Positions 9,464-20,544 of a DNA stretch of 64,000 nucleotides are shown one piece after another. Below the pieces are notes generated by a model that had not been told where the DNA came from, ran no database searches, and saw only the letters and a list, made by a program, of their open reading frames with translations. This stretch comes from Squalus acanthias (Eukaryota). The DNA is taken from NCBI GenBank assembly GCA_030390025.1, contig CM059432.1:34164001-34228000 (forward strand). The letters are read 5' to 3'. Position numbers and translations under genes: made by a program. How positions within the stretch are numbered: position 1 is the stretch's first letter; each line of letters begins with the position of its first letter.

Positions 9464-11421
9464 CTACTTTTTGCCCTTCGAGGGTGATCTCCTTCCCTTG
9501 CGCACTTCCCCCCTTCTAACCCTACTGCTCCTCCGTAATGGGACCTCAGTGGCTGCAGCAAGGCTGGTGGAAGGCTGCTGCTTGTCAGACCCTGACACTG
9601 CAGATGCCCCTGAAGGCCGGCCTCGACCACTTCTGGGCCTGGAGGGCCCGGCTGCAGACTGCACCAACTCTGCATGGGCGGCAGCAGTCTGTCCTACAGG
9701 CGGTGGCAAGTGCAGTGGAGAAGTGACAGTGTTGGCAGCAGGAATGCTGTCATCGTGAGAGAGGACAGCAACTCCCTGCTCGCCCGACACACTGGCACTC
9801 CCACGGGGCAGCACTTCAGCATCCGGAGCAATTTGCCTGAGAACAGATTGCTGGCCTGCTGCGGCGCGGTGACAGCCCCGGGGACATGTGCACGAACCAT
9901 CGAGGATGGCAGCAGTCAGTGCTCGCGTGGCCTCAATCTGAGTCTGCATGAGAGCAGGCTCAGATGGGTTCCTGGCAGCCAGTGACTGAATTGCAGCAGT
10001 AAGCTTTAGTGTGGCATCCGCCTGTGCTACAGCGAAGTGCTCCACACTCCTTGCCAGTGCCTCAATGCATTCGGGCACCCTTCCCACTGCACCCATGAGC
10101 TCAGTGTGCATGACCACCGCCTGGCTGTTCATTTCTGCAATCATCCGCTCCTCCTCTGCGTCCATTGCATTAGGAGTGTCTGGCATACTCTCCCTCTGGG
10201 GAGAAGGCTCCCGTTCTTCCCTCCCCCCCCCATGGCGTTGCTGCAGCCCGCTGGGTCCTGGAACTTCACCATCATCAGCCCCTTCCCCCCTGCTCCCCCG
10301 TTCTTCCCTCCCCCCCCCATGGCGTTGCTGCAGCCCGCTGGGTCCTGGAACTTCACCATCATCAGCCCCTTCCCCCCTGCTCCCCTCCGGGGAAGGCGTG
10401 TTCCCAGTGTGGCCATGGGCTTCCTCGGGAGAGGGTGGCACTGATGCTCCGGCTTCCTCCTCAGCTGCAGCATCACTCCCAGTGGCAGCTTCAGGGACCA
10501 TCTCCTCAGCTGGTGAATCACCATCTGAAAGCAGGGAGGTACAAGAGTGGCTTTAGCGTGAGGACAGGGTGGCAGTAAGGGAGGAATAAGTGCAGCGAGT
10601 TAGCAAGTTGGATTGAAAGTGTCAAAGGCTGGTATTGTGAGGGACAAGTGGAAGGACAGAGGACAAAAAGGTGATGACCTTACCATTGCTGTCCACAACG
10701 GGGTCGGCGTCTCCAGTGGCGACGGGACCGATCACCCGGCTTGCCACAATCCTGTGGACGCGCTCCTCCAGATCGCTGAGGGGTTGCAGCTGAAGCCGCC
10801 CTCCACCCGTCCGTTGCTGCTGTCTCCGATTATGAGCCAGCTTAGCCTGCAAGAAAAAGGACAGCATCTGAGTCAATATACAGCCATGGTCTTGCCTGAT
10901 GTGCCTCCCATAGGTGAATAGCCCTTACAATATGCAGCCATGGTCTTGCCTGATGTGCCTCCCATAGGTGAATAGCCCTTACAATATGCAGCCATGGTCT
11001 TGCCTGATGTGCCTCCCATAGGTGAATAGCCCTTACTGTATGCAAAGTGTGGAATGTGTGTGTGTGTTTGATGAAAGGGCCATAGGTGTTGGATGAGTGT
11101 TGTGCATTGGGGTTTTAAGACCCTCTGGCCATAGAGTGAGGTTGAGATGGAGGGATGGAGAGGTATTGAGAAAAAGCCACTCACCCTGACGACCCGAGTG
11201 AGGTCGTTGAACTTCTTGCGGCACTGGACATGGGTCCTGGGCACCATGCTCCTGGAGGAGACGCTCTGAGCCACCTCCCTCCACACTCTTCTGAACTCGC
11301 GTGGCAAAGGCCTCCTGCCACTCTCTGGGAACAGCATGCATCGTCTGCGCTCCACTGCGTCAACCAGAGCATCCAAGGCCCGCTCGGTGAAGCGATGAGC
11401 GCGTTCTCTCACCCTCTCCAT
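9464..11421 (-). CDS. Harbinger Myb/SANT-like DNA-binding accessory protein, 3 exons (11421-11185, 10846-10684, 10524-9464), 486 aa predicted
   Basis: Exon 1 MERVRERAHRFTERALDALV...VWREVA...RTHVQCRKKFNDLTRVVR; junctions AGG|GTGAGT, GCAG|GCT, AATG|GTAAGG, TTTCAG|AT; 237+163+1061=1461 nt, joining in frame with ORF 9464-10501. Confidence 0.88.
10210..10384. repeat. 87-bp in-frame tandem duplication in exon 3 of the Myb-like gene
   Basis: 29-aa unit GSRGEGADDGEVPGPSGLQQRHGGGREER occurs twice. Confidence 0.92.
10881..11036. repeat. 54-bp tandem repeat (about 3 copies) in intron 1 of the Myb-like gene
   Basis: Unit cagccatggtcttgcctgatgtgcctcccataggtgaatagcccttacaatatg at 10881, 10935 and 10989. 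Confidence 0.92.
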
Positions 11422-12197
11422 TCTTGGCAGCAAAATGGATTACAGGTCTCTCCAGGCTGAGATTCAAGGCTGCAATGAGCAGGGTGTGGCTGGGGAGCAA
11501 GTGGCCCCCCCCGCTTTAAGAAGTGTCCGGCGTCAGTGTGTCTGTGTTCCCGCGCTAACTGGCAGCAGCTGCGCTGCGCTCGTGCGCTGAGTTAGCGCCT
11601 CACTCCTAGGCCTTTGCGCCTTAAGAGAGGTGTGCAGCGCCTAATTTAGCGCTCCACTCACCTCCCGGGGCGGTAAAAGTGAAGTTTCCTGTCAGTGCCG
11701 ATAATTAGCGCCAGGCGCTAATATTTGCGCGCGGACGATATTTGCGCCCCAAATGGGGCGCGACCTAATTTCTACCCCTTGGGCTTTTAAACGTGGAAAG
11801 GTAGCGTCTGAGAGGTGATCTTATCGAGGTTTATGAGATTGTTAATGGTAGAGAGAAAGTTAACCTGGAAAATTACTTTAAATTAAACTGCGGGAATAGA
11901 GCAAAGGGATGCAGATTATAACTAGTAATAAGTAATTTTAGCACAAATGTCAGGAAATTCTTCACACAGAGAGAGGGATCAACGTGTGGAATAAACTTCC
12001 AGATAGAGCAACGGAGGCACTTAAACAATTGGCTGCTAAAATGAGGGGATCTCTTTGGATGGATGGATTAAGGTGGGTCAAATTGCTTTCCTCATTTGTA
12101 CCTGTCTTATGATCTTGTGAACCCTTTAACAATTATAAAGAGCAAAGCAAAAGGCCACAGAAAACAAACTGAAGGGCCCTCTGCAAGAGTTTCTCAC

Positions 12198-12276
12198 CTT
12201 GTCCATGTGGGGGCGTTGCGGTTCCACTGAATCAGTTCAGCCCAGCGCAGGTGGCTCAGGAGTGGCTGAGAAGGTT
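12198..12276 (-). other. Candidate host-gene exon (79 nt), possibly carrying a start codon (ATG GAC AAG, MDK)
   Basis: Unique sequence with a polypyrimidine tract plus CAG acceptor (cttctctctctgctcccatcag) and an AAG|GTGAGA donor; product not recognised. Confidence 0.45.
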
Positions 12277-12744
12277 CTGATGGGAGCAGAGAGAGAAGAT
12301 GGAGGGAGAGTTCATTCCAAGCTTATTCTGGGAGGAGGGAGGGGACAAGTTTCCATTTAAATAAAGGGTTGCTTTTTATGTTTTGAATGTGACATTGATT
12401 GAGTAAAGAATTCAAATGTTATGACTCCACCTCACAATTAGATATGAGGCTGTAAATAATGGTGTAAGTGTACGACCGTCTAACGTGCCTGTGTCGGGCT
12501 CCTCGCTCTGTTATTTTAAACCATTTATTTCAAATACAAATTTGAAACTTTATTAAATGTCTGCGTGATAACATCACAAACAGTAAATTCAGACTTAGAA
12601 TTCTCCAGGAAGTTACTAAACCCATTGGACACCAATCAAAACTAGGGATAACATTTCCAATCATTATTATTCATGAGAAAACTAGTCTCCCTTGTACAGG
12701 TTTAATATTTCTTCCTCCCTATCTCGAAGCCAACTCCAGCTGTA

Positions 12745-13625
12745 TAACTCAACTCACACCCCCATTTCTGTAACATTTTCCAACCCTACTCCCCAGGCTA
12801 TTCCCCTCCCCATCCTCTCTGTAACATCCTCCAGCGCTACCCCCCGGCTCACCCTCATCCTCTCCCCACCTCTGTAACATTCTCCAGCGCTACCCCCTGG
12901 CTCATCCTCATCCTCTCCCCACCTCTGTAATATTCTCCAGCGCTACATCCAAGGCTATACGCCTCCCCACCCTCTCGGTAATATTCTCCAACCCTACCCC
13001 CTAGCTCATCCTCTCCCCCTCCCTCCACCCGCAACCCCCCCCCACCGACACCTCCCACGGCCGTGACATTCTCCATCCCTACACCCCACTCATCCTCTCC
13101 CCACCTCTGTAACATTCTCCAGCGCTACACCCAAGGCTATACGCCTCCCCACCCTCTCGGTAATATTCTCCAACCCTACCCCCTAGCTCATCCTTTCCCC
13201 CTTCCTCCACCCACAACCGCACCCCCCTTCCACATCTCCCATGGCCGTGACATTCTCCATCCCTACACCCCGCTCATCCTCCCCCCCCACCACCCCAACC
13301 ATAACATCCTCCATCCCTACACCCCGCTCATCCTCCCCCCCCACCACCCCAACCATAACATCCTCCATCCCTACACCCCGCTCATCCTCCCCCCCCGCAC
13401 CACCCCAACCATAACATCCTCCATCCCTACACCCCGCTCATCCTCCCCCCCACCACCCCAACCATAACATCCTCCATCCCTACACCCCGCTCATCCTCCC
13501 CCCCCGCACCACCCCAACCATAACATCCTCCATCCCTACACCCCGCTCATCCTCTCCCCCCACCTTCCACGTAACATTCTCCACCCGGCTCATCCCCGCC
13601 CCACCTCTGTGACATCTTCCAGCCC
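12745..13625. repeat. C-rich degenerate minisatellite (about 54-57-bp units in the distal part)
   Basis: Recurring ccatccctacaccccgctcatcctcccccc...accccaaccataacatcct. Confidence 0.9.
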
Positions 13626-13736
13626 AGACCCTGGCTTTCACCCTCGGATCTCTTTGGCATTCAGCCATCACAACCTTTGACTTTCTCCACCTACAAAATT
13701 AATGAATAATTTAATATTATTTTCATGTTATTATTC

Positions 13737-14755
13737 AACAACAACTACTTGTATTTATATAGCGCCTTTAATGTAGTAAAACGTCCCAAGGCGCTTCACA
13801 GGAGTATTATAAGACAAAAAATTTGACACCGAGCCACATAAGGATAAATTAGGGCAGGTGACCAAAAGCTTGGTCAAAGCGGTAGGTTTTAAGGAGCGTA
13901 TTAAAGGAGGAAAGAGAGGTAGAGAGGCAGAGAGGTTTAGGCAGGTAATTCCAGAGCTTAGGGCCACGGCAACAGAAGGCACGGCCACCGATGGTTGAGC
14001 GATTATAATCAGGGATGCTCAAGAGGGCAGAATTAGAGGAGCGCAGATATCTTGAGAGGTTGTGGGGCTGAAGGAGATTACAGAGATAGGGAGGGGCGAG
14101 GCCATGGAGGGATTTGAAAACAAGGATGAGCATCTTGAAATCGAGGCGTTGCTTAACTGGGAGACAATGTAGGTCAGTGAGCACAGGGGTGATGGGTGAA
14201 CGGGACTTGGTGCGAGTTAGGACACGGGCAGCCGAGTTTTGGATGACCTCAAGTTTACATAGGATAGAATGTGGGATGCCAACCAGGAGTGCGTTGGAAT
14301 AGTCAAGTCTAGCGGTAACAAAGGCATGGATGAGGGTTTCAGCAGCGGATGAGCTGAGGCAAGGGCGGAGATGGGTGATGTATGGAGGTGGAAATAGGCG
14401 TTCTTAGTTATGCTGCGGATATGTGGTCGGAAGCTTATTTCAGGGTCAAATATGACACCAAGGTTGCGAACAGTGTGGTTCAGCCTCAGACAGATGTTAG
14501 GGAGAGGGATGGAGTCAGCGGCTAGGGAACGGAGTTTGTGGCGGGGACCAAAACAATGGCTTCGGTTTTCCCAATATTTAATTGGAGAAAATTTCTGCTC
14601 ATCCAGAACTGGATGTCGGACAAGCAGTCTGACAATTTAGAGACCGTGGAGGGGTCGAGAGAAGTGGTGGTGAGGTAGAGCTGGGTGTCGTCAGCGTACA
14701 TGTGAAAACTGACGCTGTGTTTTCAGATGGTGTCGCCAAGGGGCAACATGTAGAT
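13737..14755 (-). mobile_element. L2-clade LINE 3' fragment
   Basis: YADDTQLY near 14680-14700; ORF 13849-14184 (LHCLPVKQRLDFK...GGRAF...PKLWN); tail gcgctatataaatacaagtagttgttgttg. Confidence 0.88.
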
Positions 14756-15475
14756 ATTCATTTACATAATATTTATATCAGGTTTGAAATTAAGTTCTGA
14801 GATTGGTTAAAATAAAAATCTTTTGAAATGTTGATAGATTTCATCGTCCACTCTGTACCTACCCAGAAAAAAATTAATCTGTTTGATTTTGAGCTTTAAA
14901 TCTCTGAATTTATAATTTGGCAATGAGACAACAAATCCTAAATATATATAAAAAAAAATTATAAATCCAAATATAGAATCAGAAACCTAGAAATCTGATG
15001 GTTCGACACCTGTTTTCAGGCACAAAATGGACGCCTGTGCATCCAATATGGCGGGCGGGTGGGTGTGAAGGCTCATTACGTGCTGGAAGTGCGCTCCCCG
15101 CCATATTGGATCAGACTGCTCCATAATTGTCCAGGGCAAAAGCCAGGACAATTCAAAACACTTAATAAAATGTTCAAATTACGCTTATTCTGGAACGCTT
15201 CTCTGTAATTGGTCTGCCCCAGTGCCTGCCTCGCCACATGATAAACTCGCCCAGAATCCCATGCGCGAACAGGCAGGAAGGACCCTTCGCCAATGCTATT
15301 TAAAGGGCTCATGTACTACTTACAGGTTAGTTTCCGGTTTATTATTCGAGGCTGCTGGTTAACTGGGCGTTTTTGATCTGATTTCTAACTGAAAACTTAA
15401 TTCTGACTGCTATGAAGAAGATTTTGCTGGTGCTGTACTGTTGTTGGCTGCCTTCTAAACAGTTGTGCTGCAGTC

Positions 15476-17193
15476 ATGCATGGACTGGTAGGGCTAGAGG
15501 ATGAGGGGGAGCAGCATGGAAGACAGGAGAGAGCAGGAGCAGCTCGCAGAAGAGAGAGGAGGTGGAGGGCACTGCGCAGGAGGCCATACTCAAAGCAGGA
15601 CTTCAGAAAGCACTTCTCCTTCATTAAGTTTTCGGTGGATCAATGTCTGAGGTGCCTACGCTTCACCAAGGAGGCTGAGCTATGTCACCTGCTGCAGCTA
15701 CGACTCGAGCCTCGAACCAAGGTATGGACAGCACTGCCTGTGGCTGTCAAAGGCACCGTGGCCCTTAACTTTTAGGCCACAGGCTCCTTTCAGGCTGCAG
15801 CAGGTGACATCAATGATATTACATAGAATTACATAGAATATAAAAGCACAGAAACAGGCCATTCAGCCCAACCAGTCCATGACGGCGTTTATGCTCCACT
15901 TGAGCCTCCTCCCATCCTTCCTCATCTAATTCTATCAGCATAACCCTCAATTCCCTTCTCCCTCATATGCTTGTTTAACCTCCCATTAAATGCATCGATA
16001 CTATTCACCTCAACCACTCCCTGTGGTAGCGAGTTCCAGATTCTCACCACTCTCTGGGTAAAGAAGCTTCTTCTGAATTCCCGATTGGATTTCTTGGTGA
16101 CTATCTTATATTGATGGCCTCTAGGTTTGCTCTTCCCCACAAGTGGAAACACTCTCTCTGTATCCACTCTATCAAAACCTTTCATAATTTTAAAGACCTC
16201 TATTAGGTCACCCCTCAGCCTTCTCTTTTCAAGAGAAAAGAGACCCAGCCTGTTCATCCTTTCCTGATAGGTATAACCTCGCATTTCTAGTATCATTCTT
16301 GTAAATCTTGCTTGCACCCTCTCCAGTGCCTCTATATCCTTTTTGTAATAGGACGACCAGAACTGTGCACAGCACTCCAAGTGTGGTCTAATCAAAGTTC
16401 GATACAAGTTTAGCATAAAGTCACTACTTTTCAATTCTGTCCCTCTAGAAATAAACTCTAGTGGTTGGTTTGCTTTTGTTATGGCATTATTGACCTGAGT
16501 CACAACTTTTAGTTGACATATTACAGTTTACAGTACACCACTGTATCAGGGAGGTCACCACGATCTCTACAGCAGGAGAACACCTACATCTCTTTCCCAA
16601 TGGACAGAGCGAAGCAAGACGAGAGAGCACTAGGCTTCACCCACGTTGTAGACTTCTCCAGGGTCCAAGGTGCCATAGACTGCACCCACATTGCCTTGTG
16701 TGCTCCCCATCACCAGCCTGGCATCTTCATCAATAGAAAGGGATTAGGTTCCAGGCTGGCTACTGGGCGACAAGGGCTCTGCCCTTCAGACTTGGCTCAT
16801 GACTTCTGTCAGCTTCTCCCTTCGCTCCCTTCACATTAAAAGCTAACCCTCGTCCATCTCTTTCCTTTCAGATGCTAAAAATGTCGAGGCCCTGCAAAGC
16901 TGGCCTACAACGAGGCTATGCTGCCACCAGAAACATCCTCGAGCAGACAGTTACCGTGCTCAAGCAATGCTTCCGCTGCCTGGGCTGTTTGGGAGGAGCT
17001 TTGCAGTACACCCCTGAATGGTCATCTGCTGCATGCTGCGTAACTTTGCCATCATGAGGGATGAGCCTTTACCTGGGCAGCAACAAGAGGAGGAGGAGGA
17101 GGAGGAGGAGGAAGAGCGAAAACAACATCGACCACCAGTGCCCCAAGCTGCCAAAGCTCTTATAGAGCAGCTCATCTAAGAGCGCTTCACCTG
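15476..17193 (+). pseudogene. Harbinger transposase pseudogene interrupted by a CR1
   Basis: LRFTKE...ALPVAVKGTVALNF*ATGSFQAAAGD, then after the CR1 VQGAIDCTHIAL...INRKG and TRNILEQTVTVLKQCFRCL...GGALQY, with a poly-E tail. Confidence 0.88.
15824..16517 (-). mobile_element. 5'-truncated CR1 LINE
   Basis: ORF 15922-16503 is the CR1 ORF2 C-terminus; duplication ATATTACA at 15816-15823 and 16518-16525. Confidence 0.9.
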
Positions 17194-17424
17194 AACCATC
17201 CCTCCCATCCCCAATACACCAACGGTTCCTCAATCCTTATCACCACCATCTTTACTACCACTATCCGATTGCCTTCCTTCAGTACAACCTTATGGGTCTT
17301 GCCCTAACTTCATGAAAATATTAACAGCAACACCAAAACCCAGAACAAAAAACAAATTTTTCAAACAACTCAATTCCATCTGTGTCCAATAGTTAACAGA
17401 AATAATTATGAATCTCCATATGCA

Positions 17425-19035
17425 AGTCCTTAGTGCCTGTCTACTATGCTTATTTATTTATCCTAGTGCTCCTACAAAGCATTTCCCCAGTAGTTACAGC
17501 TTGAGTGATGGAAGGCTGCTGACGACACTTCAGATGGCCGTGGTGGGCAACCTCGGGCAGTTCTGGGCCTTGAGGGCCAGGCTGCAGGCTGCATCATCTC
17601 AGCGTGGGCTGCAGCAATCTGGCCCAGCTGGCTGTGTGGCACCAGCAAGAGCACTGGCGAAGTGGGTGGCGTGGGAGCAGGCATGCTGTTATCCTGAGGG
17701 ACTCTCCTGGATCTGCGACTCAGCACTCCTCCGGCTCTGCACGAGAACAGAATGCAGAAGTGACGTCTGGAAGCCCCTGTCAACACTGGCCCCCAGAGCC
17801 AAGGAGGCAGTTAGCTGAGCTTACATGGCAGCAGTGTGAGCTGCCAAGAAAGCTGTCAGAGCTGTCAGCAGAGGATCTATCATGGTGGGCACCACTGACA
17901 TGTTCATGGAGCCGACCGTGTTTGACAGAATGGTCTCCATGCTCTGCGTGAAGCCCTGATACAAGTTGGAAGTGGACTCCTCCATGCTCTGCGACATTGT
18001 ACACAAGCCCCCAGTGCACCTAGTATTTTCTGGTGTATGCCCATCAGCCTTCTTCGGTAGCCTGTGCCCTCAACATCAACATCTGAGTCCTCTGCAGCAG
18101 AGCTAGTATGCAATCTCGGCCTCCGGTGAGCTGGCACCACTTGCATCCTATCACCCTGCCCTAGCTCCTGCACAATTCTACCCGCTGAGTCACCATATGA
18201 AGACCCATCCTCTAGCCTCTAGTCTAAAGTACATGTGATGCCAGTCTCTGAGCTGGTGCTTGCTAGGATCAGATTGTGTGACGCTGCATCTTCAGGAAGG
18301 CTGGCCTCCTCTTCCTGAAGTGGCACAGGGCCTCGACATTTTTAGCATCTGAAAGGAAAGAGACGGACGAGGGTTAGCTTTTAATGTGAAGGGAGCGAAG
18401 GGAGAAGCGGCTGGTGAAAGCAGCTACAGGTTGTCATGCTGAGTGTGTAGGGTGAGATAGAAGTAAGAAGGAAAAAAGAAGATATGGTGTGAAAAATCCA
18501 TGAGTGATGTATCCTCCTGTGTTGTCACTTGCCATGGCCATGGCTATCCCACTACCCATGATGTTCAATATGTTTCCTTCCACAGGGGAGAAGTGTGCAG
18601 GCAGTCTCAGCCTCCTCAGGTGGCAGCCTCCTGTCTCAAGTTGTGCGCGACCCTCTCCTGCAAGAAAGAATGTAAGTGCGTTGGTGACAGTCGTGAAGTG
18701 TTTAGAGAATGTGCATGCCATGGTAGAATAGTTGCTCTGCAGTGTGTAATGTGTGAGGGAATGTTGTGAGGCTGGAGGTGGTGGAGGTGTGAGCAGAGAG
18801 TAAGAGAGCAAGATTCTTACCTTGATAACTGTGGTAAGGTCATTGAACTCTTTCCGGGATTGTAACCATGTCCTGGGAGCTAAGCTTTTGGCACTGTACT
18901 CCTCCGCAACCTCTTCCCACTGTTGGCGAATGTGTTGCCTGGAGGGGTCCCTGGGAGGGAACAGGATCTCCCTCCTCCTGTCCACCTGCTATACCAGGGT
19001 CTCGAATGTGACATTGGAGAACCTTGTTGCCCTAT
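17425..19035 (-). pseudogene. Harbinger Myb/SANT-like gene remnant of element C
   Basis: DRRREILFPP...WEEVAEE...RTWLQSRKEFNDLTTVIK|GTAAGA; exon-3 motifs SMEESTSN and QIAAAHAEMMQPAAWPSRPR; many lesions. Confidence 0.8.
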
Positions 19036-19384
19036 CTTGACCTCTTAAATCTGGGCCGATTCCCTGCTGTTCTGCAGTCAAAGTGCACTTCCCATTTAAG
19101 AGTTGCTGCCTGCCTTTAAGTGGCACCAGAGATCCCCAATTTCCCAGCCAATGAATAGCACTGGCTGCACACGTAAATCATTTTATTGAAGTCCCAGCTC
19201 AAATTTAACATGATGCCTGGGACCATGTGAAGAGGCGCGTGCAGCATGTGACCCGCCCTCCCCTTGCACGCCCATTTTTAGGCGCAATCAAAATTCTAGG
19301 CCATATATATTTGCCTGGGACTTGCAGCAAACCAGACAAGGAGGCTAATGTCAACGTGTGAACTATCAGCCAGTCCTTTATGTA

Positions 19385-19690
19385 AGTACAGTTTCCTAGA
19401 AGTAAAGGGCATTAAGGGTTACGGGGAGCGGGCAGGAATTTGGACATGAGTCTAGGTTCGGATCGGTCATGGCCCTGTGGGTAGTGGAGCGGGCCCAGGG
19501 ACTGTGTAGCCTGATTCTGCTCCTATTTTGTGTGTGCAATTCTGTTAGATGCAGGAGATGGTTCTGTGATAGATAGTAGATTGGCGGTTAGGATCAGATC
19601 AGCCATGATCTTATTGAATGGCGGAGCAGGCTCGAGGGGCCGATTGGCCTACTCCTGCTCCTATTTCTTATGTTCTTATGTTCTTATGTA
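19385..19690 (+). mobile_element. Two tandem CR1 3'-UTR fragments
   Basis: gatcagccatgatcttattgaatggcggagcaggctcgaggggccgattggcctactcctgctcctatttcttatg(ttcttatg)n. Confidence 0.75.
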
Positions 19691-20544
19691 CATGCGGGAG
19701 ACTCTGGCAGCACCTCAGGTGACTGGTCTTGTTCTCAGGATGTGAACAACGCTAGCATAGTTGCCGTAGTGATTGGCCTTCTTGATCAATTGGGTTTTTT
19801 GTAAGTGGTTTGCTAGGCACGTTCAGTCGATTAAGAATCAACCCCATAGGCCTGGCCCAAACCGCTGAAGGACAATCCAGCAGGTGTCATAGGAATCACT
19901 ATACTGAAAAAGACCAAGGTCCATCTAATTCGTCTTCTACCATCCTGGTAGTCGCATGATATAACGATAATGGAGTTGTTGATTGATCATTGCAATCAAT
20001 CTCCAGCAATTAGTTTACAACTGACCCAGACATGATGTGAAGAAAAACCCCAGTGGTGCAGAGCTTTGGGAACCATAGGTCCGAAGTCACTTGTCCTCCC
20101 AAGCACGCTACACATACCACATGTCATGTTTCAAGTTACTCATATGCTCTATCCCAAAATGTTATTTTCTGAAACAAATCTATCTGATTTGAATTTAATG
20201 AATCAACACTAACTGCTTCCTCCTCATGGTCAGATTTTTTTTCTCTGCTGCCAATTTACCAATTTTATTGAACTCACTTTCACAACTAGCCATGGTGGGA
20301 GTTGAACTCCCTATCCCTAGGCTCCGATTGTGCCTTGTTTTACAGACCATGATTAAGATGACAAAGAACAGAAGACACAGGCTGGGTTTTATTATGGAGT
20401 TGATAATCCTGTTTGTAATCTCCAATTTTCTGATGACAATCTCGGTTGTTTAGGGGCCACGTAACATGATGTCATGTCAAGGGTGTGGTTCAGGCAGAAA
20501 AGAGAGAAAGAAAATAGGGAGAAGAGGTAATATTATTCCAGAGA

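Larger units (their letters stand above)
7501..11778. mobile_element. Complete autonomous PIF/Harbinger DNA transposon (element B, 4278 bp)
   Basis: TIRs GGGGTAAAAATT (7501-7512) and AATTTCTACCCC (11767-11778) match at 11/12; TSD TTG (7498-7500 and 11779-11781); two convergent intact genes; cleanly interrupts a CR1 reading frame. Confidence 0.95.
5730..12120 (+). mobile_element. Old CR1 LINE fragment split into four pieces by later insertions (about 5730-5918, 6321-6608, 7456-7500, 11779-12120)
   Basis: KFADDT, QWEMKFN, LYRALVRPHL and RLIL...VKGLSYEERLERL|GLLNVER.RLRGDLIEVYEI read through across the insertions. Confidence 0.8.
14984..19302. mobile_element. Decayed PIF/Harbinger transposon (element C) with nested CR1
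   Basis: Ends about AACCTAGAAAT and AAATTCTAGGCC; transposase remnants on +, three-exon Myb remnant on -; TATTTAAAGGG near 15297 as in element B. Confidence 0.8.

Noticed and set aside
10881..11036. CRISPR-like array (also considered for 43876-44062 and 47128-47372)
   Set aside because: Head-to-tail tandem repeats without unique spacers, in vertebrate DNA with no cas genes
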